Positions 1-12,300 of a stretch of DNA of 43,210 nt are shown in pieces. Under the pieces are notes generated by a model. The model was not told where the DNA came from. It ran no database searches and saw nothing but the letters and a program-made list of their open reading frames with translations. A program made the position numbers and the translations under genes. The stretch spans positions 1 to 43,210 of the forward strand of contig UYFQ01000392.1 of assembly GCA_900617105.1 (NCBI GenBank), read 5' to 3'. Positions within the stretch are counted from its first letter, which is position 1. The number at the start of each line of letters is the position of its first letter. This DNA is from Hydrurus foetidus (taxonomy: Eukaryota).

Positions 1-803
1 CCCTGCAATATATACTGATGCTAGTCTACAAGATGATTTCCCAGTAGGTTCAAGCGATTATAATCACTGAGACTGTTAAAAAGAATGAGGCTTCGGTTGC
101 CACTCTGAATTAACTGTTGTCCCATTCGCTGTTTTTGAAGATGGCGTTCAGACGGCGGTCACGAATGAAGGTAAACTACATCTGGCGACAGTTGACGGCT
201 CCTGGCAAGCGACTTCTGAGGAGCGCTGTCTCCTCAACCAGCAGTTGAGCTCGAAGAGTCGATCATAAAGTTCGCATGAAATGGTGGCGTCTTCACCTCG
301 AAGATGGGTTGCGGCGGGAGCCAATAGCTGTGGAGTACCGAAGGTGGGAGTTGGGCCGTTGGAAAAGAGAAAACGGTACGCGCATGCAACAGAACATTCC
401 GATTCCAAATTGCCGATCTGCATCGACGGCAGCACATTCCTCTGATGTCGTCAAGACAGAGCAGTGGGTAGTGTGCAGTATTTCGAGCAAGGAATTAGTG
501 CAGCAACACTGCACTTTTTTAAGTACGGGAAAAATTGAAATCGGTATGAGAAAATCGAAATTTAGTACCTCAATCGATAATCAGGCAGAGCAGTAACTTT
601 TTCCGATTGTAACAAACTCTGCGTACGCGAGTCAATTTTTGTGTCGGTGTACATACATCTCGAAAATGCACACCGGATTATAAATATTTTTTTTTCAAAA
701 AAAAATATAATTTTTTTTTCTTCGAAGTGATATGCAAAATTGAATTAATTGCATCACAATTGAATCCAATGCTTTACATCTTTGCTATACTTCACTTATA
801 CCT

Positions 804-3800
804 TTGGTTGTGTGTAGTGGCTTAGATCGTACTGGCTATAACAATAATACTGTAATCGACATAGGTATTAATTTCAAATCGATTAACAATGTATGCCATA
901 CCATATATTTGACTGTAAGGGTCAAAGAATCGTCGCTCATAGACTTAATTATTGGCAGAGTCTCTTTAAATAAATACTCGTTTTATAAATTAACTCCTTT
1001 CGCTTTTGGGATAAGTGAGGAACACAAACTAATTTCCTCAGCAAGTGTCGATTGCTCAGCGTGCGACGAACTACCTGATGTCGAACCGTTATTTTCGCAA
1101 CGGTTCACAACAATATTATCCAGTGATAGGATTAATAAAAATTTGATAAAAAATTCAAATATCTTACCTATTGAAGAACAGTCAGTTGTAACACAACTTG
1201 CTTCTACTTCTAATATCCTAAGGGACTTCGGACAACCTACAACCGAAGGGGAAAGACTGACTATCTGTGGTCACTCATGTTGTTCGTCCGGGACAGGGTC
1301 CTGCCCGGCATTATTGGAATTAGCTACTCCAGAGGCCGGCTGTGAGAGGGGTCGGGCAGTTCATGGGAGTATCGTTCACCCTGAACTGACTCGTGACGGT
1401 GATACACCTCCCGAAGATGGATTAGATTACATCCCTCCGACACCAGGGTTTCTTAACGACGAAACGCATGACACTTTAGGCCACTCGCCAAGTGTTGTCA
1501 TTATCAGTAACGATGAGATTGACAGTGAGAAAACCGATACTTTCGGACCTTTCCTCCAAGGGACTAGCCCTGATTTACCGCCCGACAGTAACGGGTCAGA
1601 CAAGTTTCTTGACGAAATAACTTTCGTTGGTATGGAAGACCAAATAATTGCAATGAAACTTCTCTGCTTAGAGTTTCGCGACTTGTTCAGCAATAAAATT
1701 GCAACTCTACCAGCTAAACTAGATCCGTTTAGACTGGATGTGAGGGAACAAGAATGGGAAATATCCGCAAACCGGACCCCGGTTCGACCCCAATCATCTC
1801 GTAAAGAGATTGAAATAAAAAGCCTTAGACGAGATGCTTTCATTAGGTATCATCGAATCTTCGAGTGCAGTCTATTACAGTCACCCTGTAGTAGTACAAA
1901 AGACAGCTGATACGTATCGATTCTGCATCGATTACAGACTCTTAAATGCGTGCATGCAACCAGCTAGTTTTCCGCTACCGAATATTCGGGGTCTTTTTGA
2001 ACGCATTGGCCGTCACCAAGCCGATATTTTCGGTGTAATGGACTTAACTGCCGGTTACCATCAAGCTCCGCTTTATGAACCACATCGCCATTTTACGGCA
2101 TTCATATGCTATGCAGGCATATTCCATTTTACTAGACTCCCCTTTGGACCTAGGTGTGCTCCCTCTTACTTCCAAGAGCAGATGGCCACCAAAGTCCTTC
2201 GCGGTCTCATATATATGATATGCGAAATATATCTTGACGATATAATTATATATGGCCGGGGATTTGCAGAGTTTCTTAGTAGACTGAGAGATATATTTTT
2301 ACGTTTACGTGAATTTCGCATTTTGCTAAAAGCAAAGAAATGCAAATATGGTTGTAAAAGCCTGGAGTATGTTGGTCGTACGATCTCAAAAGACGGATTA
2401 TCCATGTCTGAGACAAAAATTGAGTCTATACTCAACTTTCCAAGACCACAGACTTTAACAGCACTTCGCTCGTTACTGGGTCTTGCGAACTATTTTAGAG
2501 GATTTGTACCAAATCACTCTACTATAGTCGCACCTTTACAGAGATTAGTTGATTCTAAAGCTCACAAAAAATCACCAATTATTTGGACACCTAGTGCTAT
2601 ACTAGCATTCCAACACGTAAGAGTGGCTATATCAAGATGCCCTCTAATGTATTTTCTTGATGAAAAGTCAACTATTAAGTTATACACTGACGCATCAGAT
2701 TATGGAATCGGTGGTGTGTTAATTCAAGTTGTTAACAATGAATGGAGACCTATCGCTTTCATTAGCAAGTCCCTTTCTGCAACACAATTAAAATGGTCCA
2801 CGATACAAAAAGAAGCTTATGCTATCTATTACTCGTGTCAACAACTTGATTCTTTAATTAGAGATCGTGAGTTTGAAATACATACCGATCATAAAAACAT
2901 TACATATATGAAACAAACACCAACTTCAATGGTGTCACGGTGGTTTATAGCTTTACAAGAATTAAATTTCAAAGTTATATTTGTGAAGGGCACACAAAAT
3001 CAGCTAGCAGACGGTCTATCAAGACTTTGTCCCAACATAGCTAAGTTAGCTTTACCGTTCACACCGGTAGCTACTAGCAATAATGAAATAGTATTATCTG
3101 CACTGACAGTTATACCTGAACCTAATCCAGAACAACTTGAATGGATGGAACAATGTCACAACGCAATAGTGGGACATGGTGGTTCTTCTAGAACTCTTAC
3201 CAAACTTTTCAGTTTAGGTCATGCATGGAAGTATATGCGACAGCACGTACGTATGTTCATTGCATCTTGCCCATGCTGTCAAAAGATGAGCATGATAAAG
3301 GTACCGGTTGAAGTTCAACATTATGTGACTTCTTCTAACCGACCTTTTGACGTCGTGAATATCGATTTTATCGGGCCATACCCAGACGATTCATACGTTC
3401 TTGTTATTATTGACACATTTTCTAAATGGATTGAACTTTTCCATTGCAAAGATGCCACTGCTAAATCAGCATGTGAGGCACTCTTGCAACATTTTGGTCG
3501 CTACGGCGCTCCCAATATGATTAGATCTGATAAAGGTTCTCATTTCGCAAACGATTTGATAAAGAGTTTCTTGTTTTAACAGGTACTCCACACAACCTTA
3601 CATTATCTTATTCTAAACAAGAAAATGGGGTAGTTGAACGTGCTAACAGAGAAGTCAACAGACATCTTCGCGCATTAACTTTCGAAACTAATGATGTAAA
3701 TAACTACAGATTAAGTCTTCCATTTGTACAAAGAATTATAAATAGTTCTATACACGAAACTACAGGCGTAGCACCTGCTAGTATGTTGTTCGGGAATCAA

Positions 3801-4412
3801 GTAAATCTTGATAGAGGTATTCTTATACCCAATCCGGTAATTCGAAACACTGAAAAGAGCTCAGCTCTTATATCTAATATGTTATACATACAAGATCAAG
3901 TAATGCTAAATGCAATTGCAAAAGTAACACTAGCAAAAGCAAGACATTTAGTGAAAAATGCCAAACCATTGACTGTATTTCCAGTTGGTTCATATGTTTT
4001 AGCAAAGTATGCTGTGGGGCCACCCACTCGTTTACACACTAAATGGCAGGGACCATTTCAGGTCATTTCGTATATCGATTCAGAATACACATTACTTAAT
4101 TTAGTGAATAAATCTGAACGAATTACCCATGCAAGTAATCTGAAGCAGTTTATTTTTGATCCTTCAAGAACATCTGCTCCAGATATTGCTAGACGGGATT
4201 ATATGGAATTCTTTGTTGAATCCATTGTAGAACATCGTGGAGACACAAAACGATTAAATTCGCTGTTTTTAAAAGTAAAATGGCTCAATTACGATGATTC
4301 ACATAATTCATGGGAACCATGGAATGCATTAAGAACATGCGACAAACTACACGATTATCTTCGTTCAAATCAAAAGCTCAAGAAATTGATGCCTAAAACT
4401 TCTAAACATTAA
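804..4412 (+). pseudogene. pol: Gypsy A pol (protease C-terminus, RT, RNase H, integrase, chromodomain), frameshifted twice
   Basis: ORFs 804-1910, 1834-3579 and 3783-4412. Motifs: RFCIDYRLLN, RLPFGP, IYLDD (RT); YTDASDYGIG (RH); CH...GHG...CPCC zinc finger, IDFIGP/SDKG (INT); WQGPF (GPY/F); FFVESIVEHR...VKWLNY...SWEP (chromodomain). Frame breaks near 1815-1835 and ~3575. Confidence 0.92.
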
Positions 4413-4750
4413 TTTGTTATTATGATGTGGTATCTTTTGAAGATTTTTTAGCCTAATTTTTTGCCCTCTGGGTTTTTATGGTTTTTAGTCAGTAAGAATC
4501 TGACATACCCACATCATAATATATGTTATTTTGTACATACATTAATTTGTATTGATTTACAAAATAAACTTATTTCCACGACCACTCCCGACTCTCTTTA
4601 AATTTTGTTATTTTGTTAAATTTTGTTTTACTATTTTATATTGAAATCTTTTCTTTTTCTTTTATATTTCTGTAATCGAATTACTTTTCATGTAAATATG
4701 TTAGTATCATTTTTAAATTTTATTTTATTTTTTAAAATATAGCTTAATTA

Positions 4751-4798
4751 GAGATAAGTGGGAGTAGGGTCATTCTCTGTGGAGATAAGTAGGAGTAG
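4751..4798 (+). other. Polypurine tract of gypsy A, present as a direct duplication
   Basis: GAGATAAGTGGGAGTAG (4751-4767) and GAGATAAGTAGGAGTAG (4782-4798); the second copy abuts the LTR TG. Confidence 0.7.
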
Positions 4799-5016
4799 TG
4801 TAGCCATATGCCATTTAGTATGGCATTATGAGCTTCTAGGACTATCGGTCTACAGATCGGTCTACAGGGTCGTAGGCTTCCAGCCTCACCCTTACAACGT
4901 GTACTCTGCTATCATCTAGCTAGTCCACGTAGAAGTTACCCTAGCTACGGCTTTCCCCTGTAACTAAGACTTCAGCTCCTCTCCTTTCCTTTCTCTCTTT
5001 TGCCATTAGGACTACA
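4799..5016 (+). repeat. Gypsy A 3' LTR (218 bp)
   Basis: Follows the PPT; 5-bp inverted termini TGTAG/CTACA; copia B sequence resumes right after. No partner LTR in the window. Confidence 0.8.
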
Positions 5017-7702
5017 CTGCATTAGATACGACAGGTGCAGGAGAGGCAGTCACAGTAGTTGAGCGTAAGATAAGGCAGATTAAAGAGAGAGTCAGAGCAG
5101 TTATTAACACATTACCTTTTAAGTTAACCGAAAAACTAGAAGGATGGTTAGTTAGATATGCTATTAACCGTATAGTGTTGGTTCCGACTAGGAACACTGT
5201 TGACTATGTTAGCCCTTGGGAAAAACTATACGGTAGAAAAATTAACGTAGATAAAGAACTGAAACATGGTTTTGGTGACTACGTTCAAGTACATTCTGAT
5301 GACATTGATAACAGTAACAAAGCCAGAACTTCAGGTGCTATCGCTCTGATGAGTGCAGGCAACCTTGAGGGATCTTGGTATTACATGTTACTCAATAACG
5401 AACAGATAGTTAAACGTACAAAAGCCACATCATTACCCATGCCTGATGAAGTTATTTCTTACAGTAATGGATTATCTGAAAAGAGAAACATTAACAAAAG
5501 TAATATTGCTAGTCAACCTATATTTGAACAGAATAAGCGTGTAATAGTTGATGATGGACTTGACTATGATGATGAAAATATATATAACAAAAATATGCGT
5601 AGATTCAGCCATGCAGTGACACCTAATACAGATGAAATGTATGATGATTCATATGTCGATGAAATGAACGTACAGCATAATGCACCCGTTCCATACACAA
5701 TGAACGACATAAACAATATTGATAACATACCCGATGTATCTGACATGAATGATATGAGTGACATGAATAATCAAGATGATTATGACTACACACAGCTTGA
5801 AACTGATGACGTGAATATTGAAACAGTTGAGTATGACGATACTTTGACTGAATATTATACACCTAATGTTGATGATGTGCACAATGAACATGAAGTACTT
5901 ACACCATATCAACTATCCGATGTTACTGATGATACGTACGCCGTTGATGATGTACTTACTGATGCACTGCCTGAGATAGAACAGCCTGCTCTGAGACGTA
6001 GCGCTAGAAATCATCAACCAGGCAGATGGGTTCCTAGGAGAGGAAATTACACTATAAGATGTAGTGCTATGAATCATGTACCATCCACCAATTTTTCATA
6101 TGCTTTCAACATGACCGTTAAAGATGGCATTGATAAGTTAGGCAATATTGCTGTAGATTCCATTATAAAAGAAATGCAACAGAGAATGAAAAAGATGTTT
6201 GGGAGGGAGTGTTGATCAGCTCTCTTAGCCAGACTCAAAGAAGTAACATCATAACTAGTAGCATGTTCTTAAAGGATAAGTATACGGCGGACGGTAATTT
6301 TGACAAGCTTAAGTCTAGATTAGTAGCAGGAGGCCACTTACAAGACAGATATATATATGACAATGGATCTTCACCAACTGTTAGTACTACTAGTGTGTTT
6401 ATTGTTGCCTCAATTGCTGCCCATGAATGTAGATCGATTGCTACTATTGATTTTCCTGGTGCATTTTTGAATAGCGACATGCCTTTAGAGGGCACTCACA
6501 CTGTGTATATGCGACTGAATAAATATTTAACTGGAGTGTTGACATCAATTGATAAATCATATATAAAATATGTTAATGATAAAGGCACATGCATTGTTAA
6601 ACTGAAAAAAGCATTGTATGGGTGTGTAGAATCTGCTAAATTATGGTATGATAAAATCTCACATGACTTATCATTATTAGGGTATACCGTTAACCCTTAT
6701 GACATATGTGTATTTAACAGAACTGAATCAAATAATAAACAAACCACACTAATAATTCACGTTGATGACATGATGATCACATGCTGTGATGAAAAACATG
6801 TTGATTATGTTATTGACGAAATTGAAAAACTATACCCTGGTCCAACAAAACATTGAGGAAAAGTACTTAATTACATAGGTATGACGTTTAATTTTGAGAT
6901 GGCGGGAAAGGTTATTATAACCATGAAAGGATTCATCAAGGAGCTGCTAGAAGACTGTAAAGGAATTATAGGGATGTCACCGACACCGGCTAAGACGGAT
7001 TTATTTTCGGTTTCACCGGAAACTTCTAACCCATTGTCAACCACTTCTGCGAGTGAATATTTTCACTCCATAACAGCCAAGTTGCTTTATCTCAGCAAAA
7101 GATCGAGGCCGGATATTCTAACGCCGGTAGCCTTCTTAACTAAGAGAGTAACCAAGCCCCAGACGGATGATATGAAAAAGCTGGAACGTACCGTACAGTA
7201 CATACGTGGTACTCGAGACTTAGGCCTCATCCTTACAATTGGCGATCCAATGACTGTCATCAGCTACATTGATGCATCATATGGGGTCCATCAAGACATG
7301 AAGAGCCACACCCTTGGCAAAGGATCTATCTATGCAAAAAGCTCCACTCAAAGACTTACCACCAGGTCGAGTACGGAGGCAGAGTTAGTGGGACTTAGCG
7401 ATTCTGCGAATCAAGTACTATGGACCAGATAGTTCATCATAGCTCAAGGATACACCAACAGACCAGCCATCATATTTCAAGACAATAAATCCACTATCCA
7501 ACTTATCACCAACGGGAGATCGAACAGCGAACGGACAAGACATATCGATATCCGGTACTTTTTTCTCACCGACCGGATAAAAGAAAACGGAATTAATGTG
7601 ACCTATAAACCCACAAATGAGATGTTAGCAGATATGCTGACGAAACCCCTTCAAGGCGAGCAGTTCAGAGCTCTTCGAAACTTACTACTCAACATTACCT
7701 GA
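5017..7702 (+). pseudogene. pol: Copia B copy 1 pol fragment (INT, RT, RNase H), disrupted
   Basis: ORFs 5175-6215, 6209-6856 and 6881-7432; KSRLVAGG, ALYGCVESA, IHVDD, YIDAS, SSTEAE. Frameshift ~6180, premature TGA 6854-6856, TAG 7430-7432, 15-bp deletion near 7310; natural stop TGA 7700-7702. Confidence 0.92.
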
Positions 7703-8231
7703 GTATTCCACTCTGACATTTTTCTTCTACCTACACTTTGCCAAAACCTTTCTACTACTTCGGCCAAAATCAACCCTATGTATTATATGAATCTGTTTTT
7801 ATGAATCTGCAATTCCAACGAATTCCTGCTGCCCTACAACATCAACTTCCAAGACCCGAACACTCAAGATACTTACGCTAGAGCCTACACCACACATGGT
7901 CGAGATACATTAGCTGAAGACCCGTCATGACGAAGACTCCAGCACCAACATTCCTACAATAAACTATTACTAACCGCAAACTTTGCCAAACGCCAACTTC
8001 CTTCTATAACCGACAATTCCAACAGCCAACTATTTCTAGCACCTGTAAATTCCTACCGCAAACTTCTACCAGAGATCGATTTTCAAGACACTGACGTAAC
8101 ATTCCGGAGCCATTGATGAAACTTTATTTATGATTAATATTCAATGAAAATGTATGAATTGGTTTAACGCTTTTGAAATAATAATTGAATAAACCTGTTT
8201 GAATTGAATACGATAACACATCATAGGGGTG

Positions 8232-8575
8232 TGTAGTAATATCAGTGTTATGTAGACTACATATTCCGTATGCGAATTGTGATGCTATTATCTGTATTTC
8301 ATATTTGAACCACACGTACGGTGTTGCACCAGAGCAGTACCGTACTACATACGATTGAACTAGATTAGCTACCTACTCTTTGAAACAACTACCAACCGAA
8401 CTCGATAACTACTGCGTTGCAGCAGTGCTAATTAACCCAATCTCGTAGCCGATACCAACTCTTCTCTTGCAAACGAATTGCGACGAGTAAAGAGCCCTCG
8501 GAGAGAGCAGTGGGGAGCTTGTGATCAGCCGTACTGGCACATACGTATGCCCTTGTGAGACCACTAATCACAACA
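8232..8575 (+). repeat. Copia B 3' LTR, copy 1 (344 bp)
   Basis: TGTAG...CAACA, preceded by the short PPT AGGGGTG; matches 17843-18186 and 23810-24153. Confidence 0.95.
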
Positions 8576-8655
8576 GGGGACCAGGAAGTTCAGTTTTCAA
8601 TGTTGGACTATGGACCCTCTCTCCATCACCAACATCCAACATACAACATCTCAAC

Positions 8656-8774
8656 GAGCCCGTTCGATGAAAAATATTCCGCTAGAAATTAGATCCGGTT
8701 TCAGTGATTTGGGGTGAAATGGCTAGCTTCAGAAAATCTACTTTTCGGCCATTTCTGAAAAAATCTAGCGGATT
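8656..8774. mobile_element. Left half of the MITE-like element (duplicated copy)
   Basis: Same sequence as 24234-24352, starting with the TIR GAGCCCGTTCGAT. Confidence 0.55.
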
Positions 8775-9164
8775 TCTTGGAATAAAACTGTCTTGTGGAT
8801 CCTGGATCCAGTCAGAGCACCTGGTTGATAGCAGTGATTCGTTTAGAACACACTTTGCTTTCAGCTAGTCGACCAAAGTCGCTCCAACAGCTCACTCAAG
8901 TGTAGGTATAATGGCACACAGCCATATAGTCTCTTTTAATTAGAAGTGCTCATCATGTCAAAACAAAGCAGTTCATGGCTAGCTATACTAGCTACAGTTG
9001 ACTGTTCACAGTCATCATCAGTTGCAACTTCAGTACAGTTCGAGTGATGGTCTTGGGTCTGAAAACGCTACCCTCGCTCCTCCGCTTGGGCTTAGATGAT
9101 ATTACCCCAAGGGATTTCCCCCAAGGGGATCGTCCCCATAGGGATAGCTATGCTATATCCAACA
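8775..9164 (-). repeat. Copia C 3' LTR, copy 1 (390 bp)
   Basis: Matches 24353-24744 and 37272-37663; on the minus strand it reads TGTTGG...CCAAGA, preceded by the PPT AGGGGTG. Confidence 0.95.
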
Positions 9165-9326
9165 CACCCCTAATGTCATAAGCATTCAGGCGGCATATTC
9201 GTATTTTTCATGGGAATGAAACATAAATCGTATTTGTATCTGCTGTAAGCTATAGTGATCATACAAGTATTGTTGCTAATAAAATTTTAAAAAATAGCTC
9301 AACTGTAAGTCAATAGTGTATACTAC

Positions 9327-12300
9327 TTAATTTCCCATAATTTTCTTCACCATCTTGGAAAAAACCGTTCCTTGTAGTGGCTTGGTGTAGTAATCGGATG
9401 TCATATCCTCGGTGGGCACGTAGACAATGTTTACGGCACCGATACGGATGTAGTCTGAGATCCAGAATTTCCGTACCTCAATAAACCGGGTGGTCTCTGC
9501 GGTAGACCGACCTTTTTTCAGCAACGCAATGCATGATTGATTGTCTTGTTCCAGCCTCACTGGGTGTTTCCCATGTCCTTGGTACGCAATAAACCCAGCA
9601 AGCCATAGTGGAATGTTCATGCCGTCGGAAACTGCAATGATCTCGGACTCCGTACTTGACTTGGAATTGAGCCTCTGGACCTTGGAACTCGTAATAAAAT
9701 ATCCCACCCCAATGTGACACACATTCCTGAGGTTGATTTCATCATATCTCGGTTAGCAAATGCAGCATCAATTGATACTGTAACTGTCAGTGGCAAAGTG
9801 CAACCGAGTCGTAATGGCTTGTCTCTAGTAGCCCTCAGATAGCATATGAGCCTATCAAGTTTCTTGTCGTCTTCTGTTGTTGGTGCCTTTACACGTTTGC
9901 AAAGTTCACCTAACACTAATACGATGTCCGGACGCGTTCGGTTCCCCAGGTATAGCGCTGTAGCGACGTCGGTATGGAAGGTTTTAGCGTCTTTCTCATT
10001 CAGGAATTTGCAGTCCAAGGTCCGCTCAAATAGGTGTGGGGCACCCGGTGACGATGGATTCCCAATGAGGTTCATACCTCGTTCGGCATGGCTTTTTTCC
10101 CTTGATGAGATCAGATCTTGAATCATTCCGATCTGTGTGACCTTTACAAATCCTTTCTCAGTGAAATCCCACGTGCAACCTAGGTACGGTACGACACGCT
10201 CTTGAGTGGTACGGAATTGTCCGTACGTTTTCAGCAAAGTTTGCTCAAAATCCAAAACTGCTTTCTTGTCCACACACGTCATCATTAAGTCGTCTACGTA
10301 GACTAGGATAGTAAATTGGTTCCCTTTGACGTCCTTATTAAAGACGCAAATATCGCGCGGGTTGGCCGTAAACCCATTACGGCCAAGTGTTCCGGCTATT
10401 TCGTTATACCATAGTTTGGCGGACTTGATACATCCGTAAAGTGCTTTGTCCAGTCTCACCACTAACCCTCCATTGTGTCTTCGGTAGCACTTAAATGATT
10501 TGTCTTGTTTGATGATTGCGTCGGCCACATTCTTATCAATGAACATATGGAGGATTTTATCCGGTTTTTCCTTAGGCATATCGGCGTTGAGGTACGCGGA
10601 CCCAACGTCCCCGACCATAATGAAACGGTTTTCCGCAGCAGCAATCTGTGCAACTGTAAAGATGGAAGCTATAGTCGCTGTAGGTGACTCAACTTCATCT
10701 GCAGCGTAGTCTTCTCTAACTTGAGCACGCCCATCCACACAGAAACGTGCCTTGACCTTGTCGATCTGGCGATCACCATTCGAATTCAGTGTTGGGAGGT
10801 ATTTCTCCACAACATTCATGTTAGAACGCAGTATCTTCTGCTTCTGAGTAGGTGATAGCTGTTCCATGTGCACACCCGAAAATGTCCCCTTGGCAAGTAG
10901 TGATTTGACCTCTGACTCGATGGCTGTGGTAGCCTTGAACTGGGTACCCAGTTTCAGTGCCTGGGTAACTGTCATTAATGACCACTCACCCCTAATTCCT
11001 TCTTTCCACGTTGAAATAGGTAGTTTTTGAGCTACTAAGTTGAGTCTGTCTGGTGGCTTTCGAATTCTCGTCGACTTCTCACGCATTTCAATGGGTGCAC
11101 TGGGCACGTACGTACGCACGGAGGTAGGTAGTGCCTCTGGTTGCTCCTCCGATACCGCTTCAAAATTAGTTTCTGGCCCGGATACTTCGTCAGTAGTGGA
11201 AATACTATTATTTTCATCGACAGCTGATTCCATTTCACCCCGAATCTCCAATTGGTCTTGTGTAATTTGAGGTTCTATCACGGTATCAGGCGTGTCGGTT
11301 TCATCCCGGAACACCGGTTGTATGGGAGGTGGGTGTCGGAATTGGATCGTGGGTTCTGATTCTGAGGGTGTATCCATTGTTACCACATCATCATCGATAT
11401 CTCCAGTGATGTCTCTATCATGGAAAGTGAATATCGGTTCTTGCGATATGTGAATTTTATTCTTCGATGCCCACCCATTTATAGTGGTGGTGACGAGTGC
11501 AGGTATCGGTAGTACCACGTAGTGGTTGGCCGATATGATGCTCCTTGTATCGATGCGCATGAAGGAATGAGTGCCTGTGCCATTCATCTTTGGTTCCAGG
11601 TATAGGCATCCGATGGTTCGTGGATCCATGTTGTTGCTAAGCACCCTTGCGGTGACTTGGCAGTATGAGCCGAAAGGCGGTCCAATATCTTTTTTCGTGT
11701 CGGCCAAAAAATGCTTCGAAGGGGGAGATCCTATCTGTTCTCGTTGATGAGGGAAACAGTAGAAGCTTCCTTCCTGAGCTTATGACGAGGTGAGGCATCA
11801 GTATATCTGGTAGGAGGTACGGTAGACTGAAGATGGTACAACGGATGGTCTCCTTCAGGTGCCTGATCATTCGCTCAATAATGTGATCATGTTGCCCTGG
11901 ACCAACTGTAATGACCTCGACGCCCATGGCGTTCATGTCGTTGACAAGTGCCGCAATGCCTCTTTCATTATCGCTGGTAAATTTCACGATGGAAATGCGT
12001 CGGGACCCGATAGTTCCGAACATACGCTTGATGCTCTGTCGGAGCACCGGTGTTGTGAGATTCTCAATGCAGGCCACCAAAACAATGCCCAGTGAGTGAG
12101 TAATTGAAACTAGAAATGGGTGTCGATTTATGAACATGACATCACAATGCATGTGTTGATCGTCAATGTTGCGGGCCGTTGTAGATAGTTGTGGTGGTGG
12201 CATAGGCCTCAGCCTAATGGTGCGTCCTTTGAGCGAAGCAGTGCTTGCTCCCCAAATTGCTGTGGCACGTGCGATGTCTTCAGGTAAGATGTCGCAGTTG

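Larger units (their letters stand above)
765..5016 (+). mobile_element. Ty3/gypsy chromovirus family A: 3' portion (end of protease to 3' LTR), inserted into the integrase of copia B copy 1
   Basis: Domain order PR-RT-RH-INT-chromo. The 3' LTR (TGTAG...CTACA) ends at 5016, where copia B sequence resumes (matches 20575 onward). Left limit approximate: similarity to the D protease starts near 765-800. Confidence 0.9.
5017..8575 (+). mobile_element. Ty1/copia family B, copy 1 (integrase core to 3' LTR)
   Basis: Near-identical to 20575-24153; order INT-RT-RH; 3' LTR followed by the TSD GGGGA. Confidence 0.95.

Noticed and set aside
2..70. IYTDAS RNase H-like peptide at the window start
   Set aside because: Followed by a stop within ~15 codons and no further RNase H motifs.
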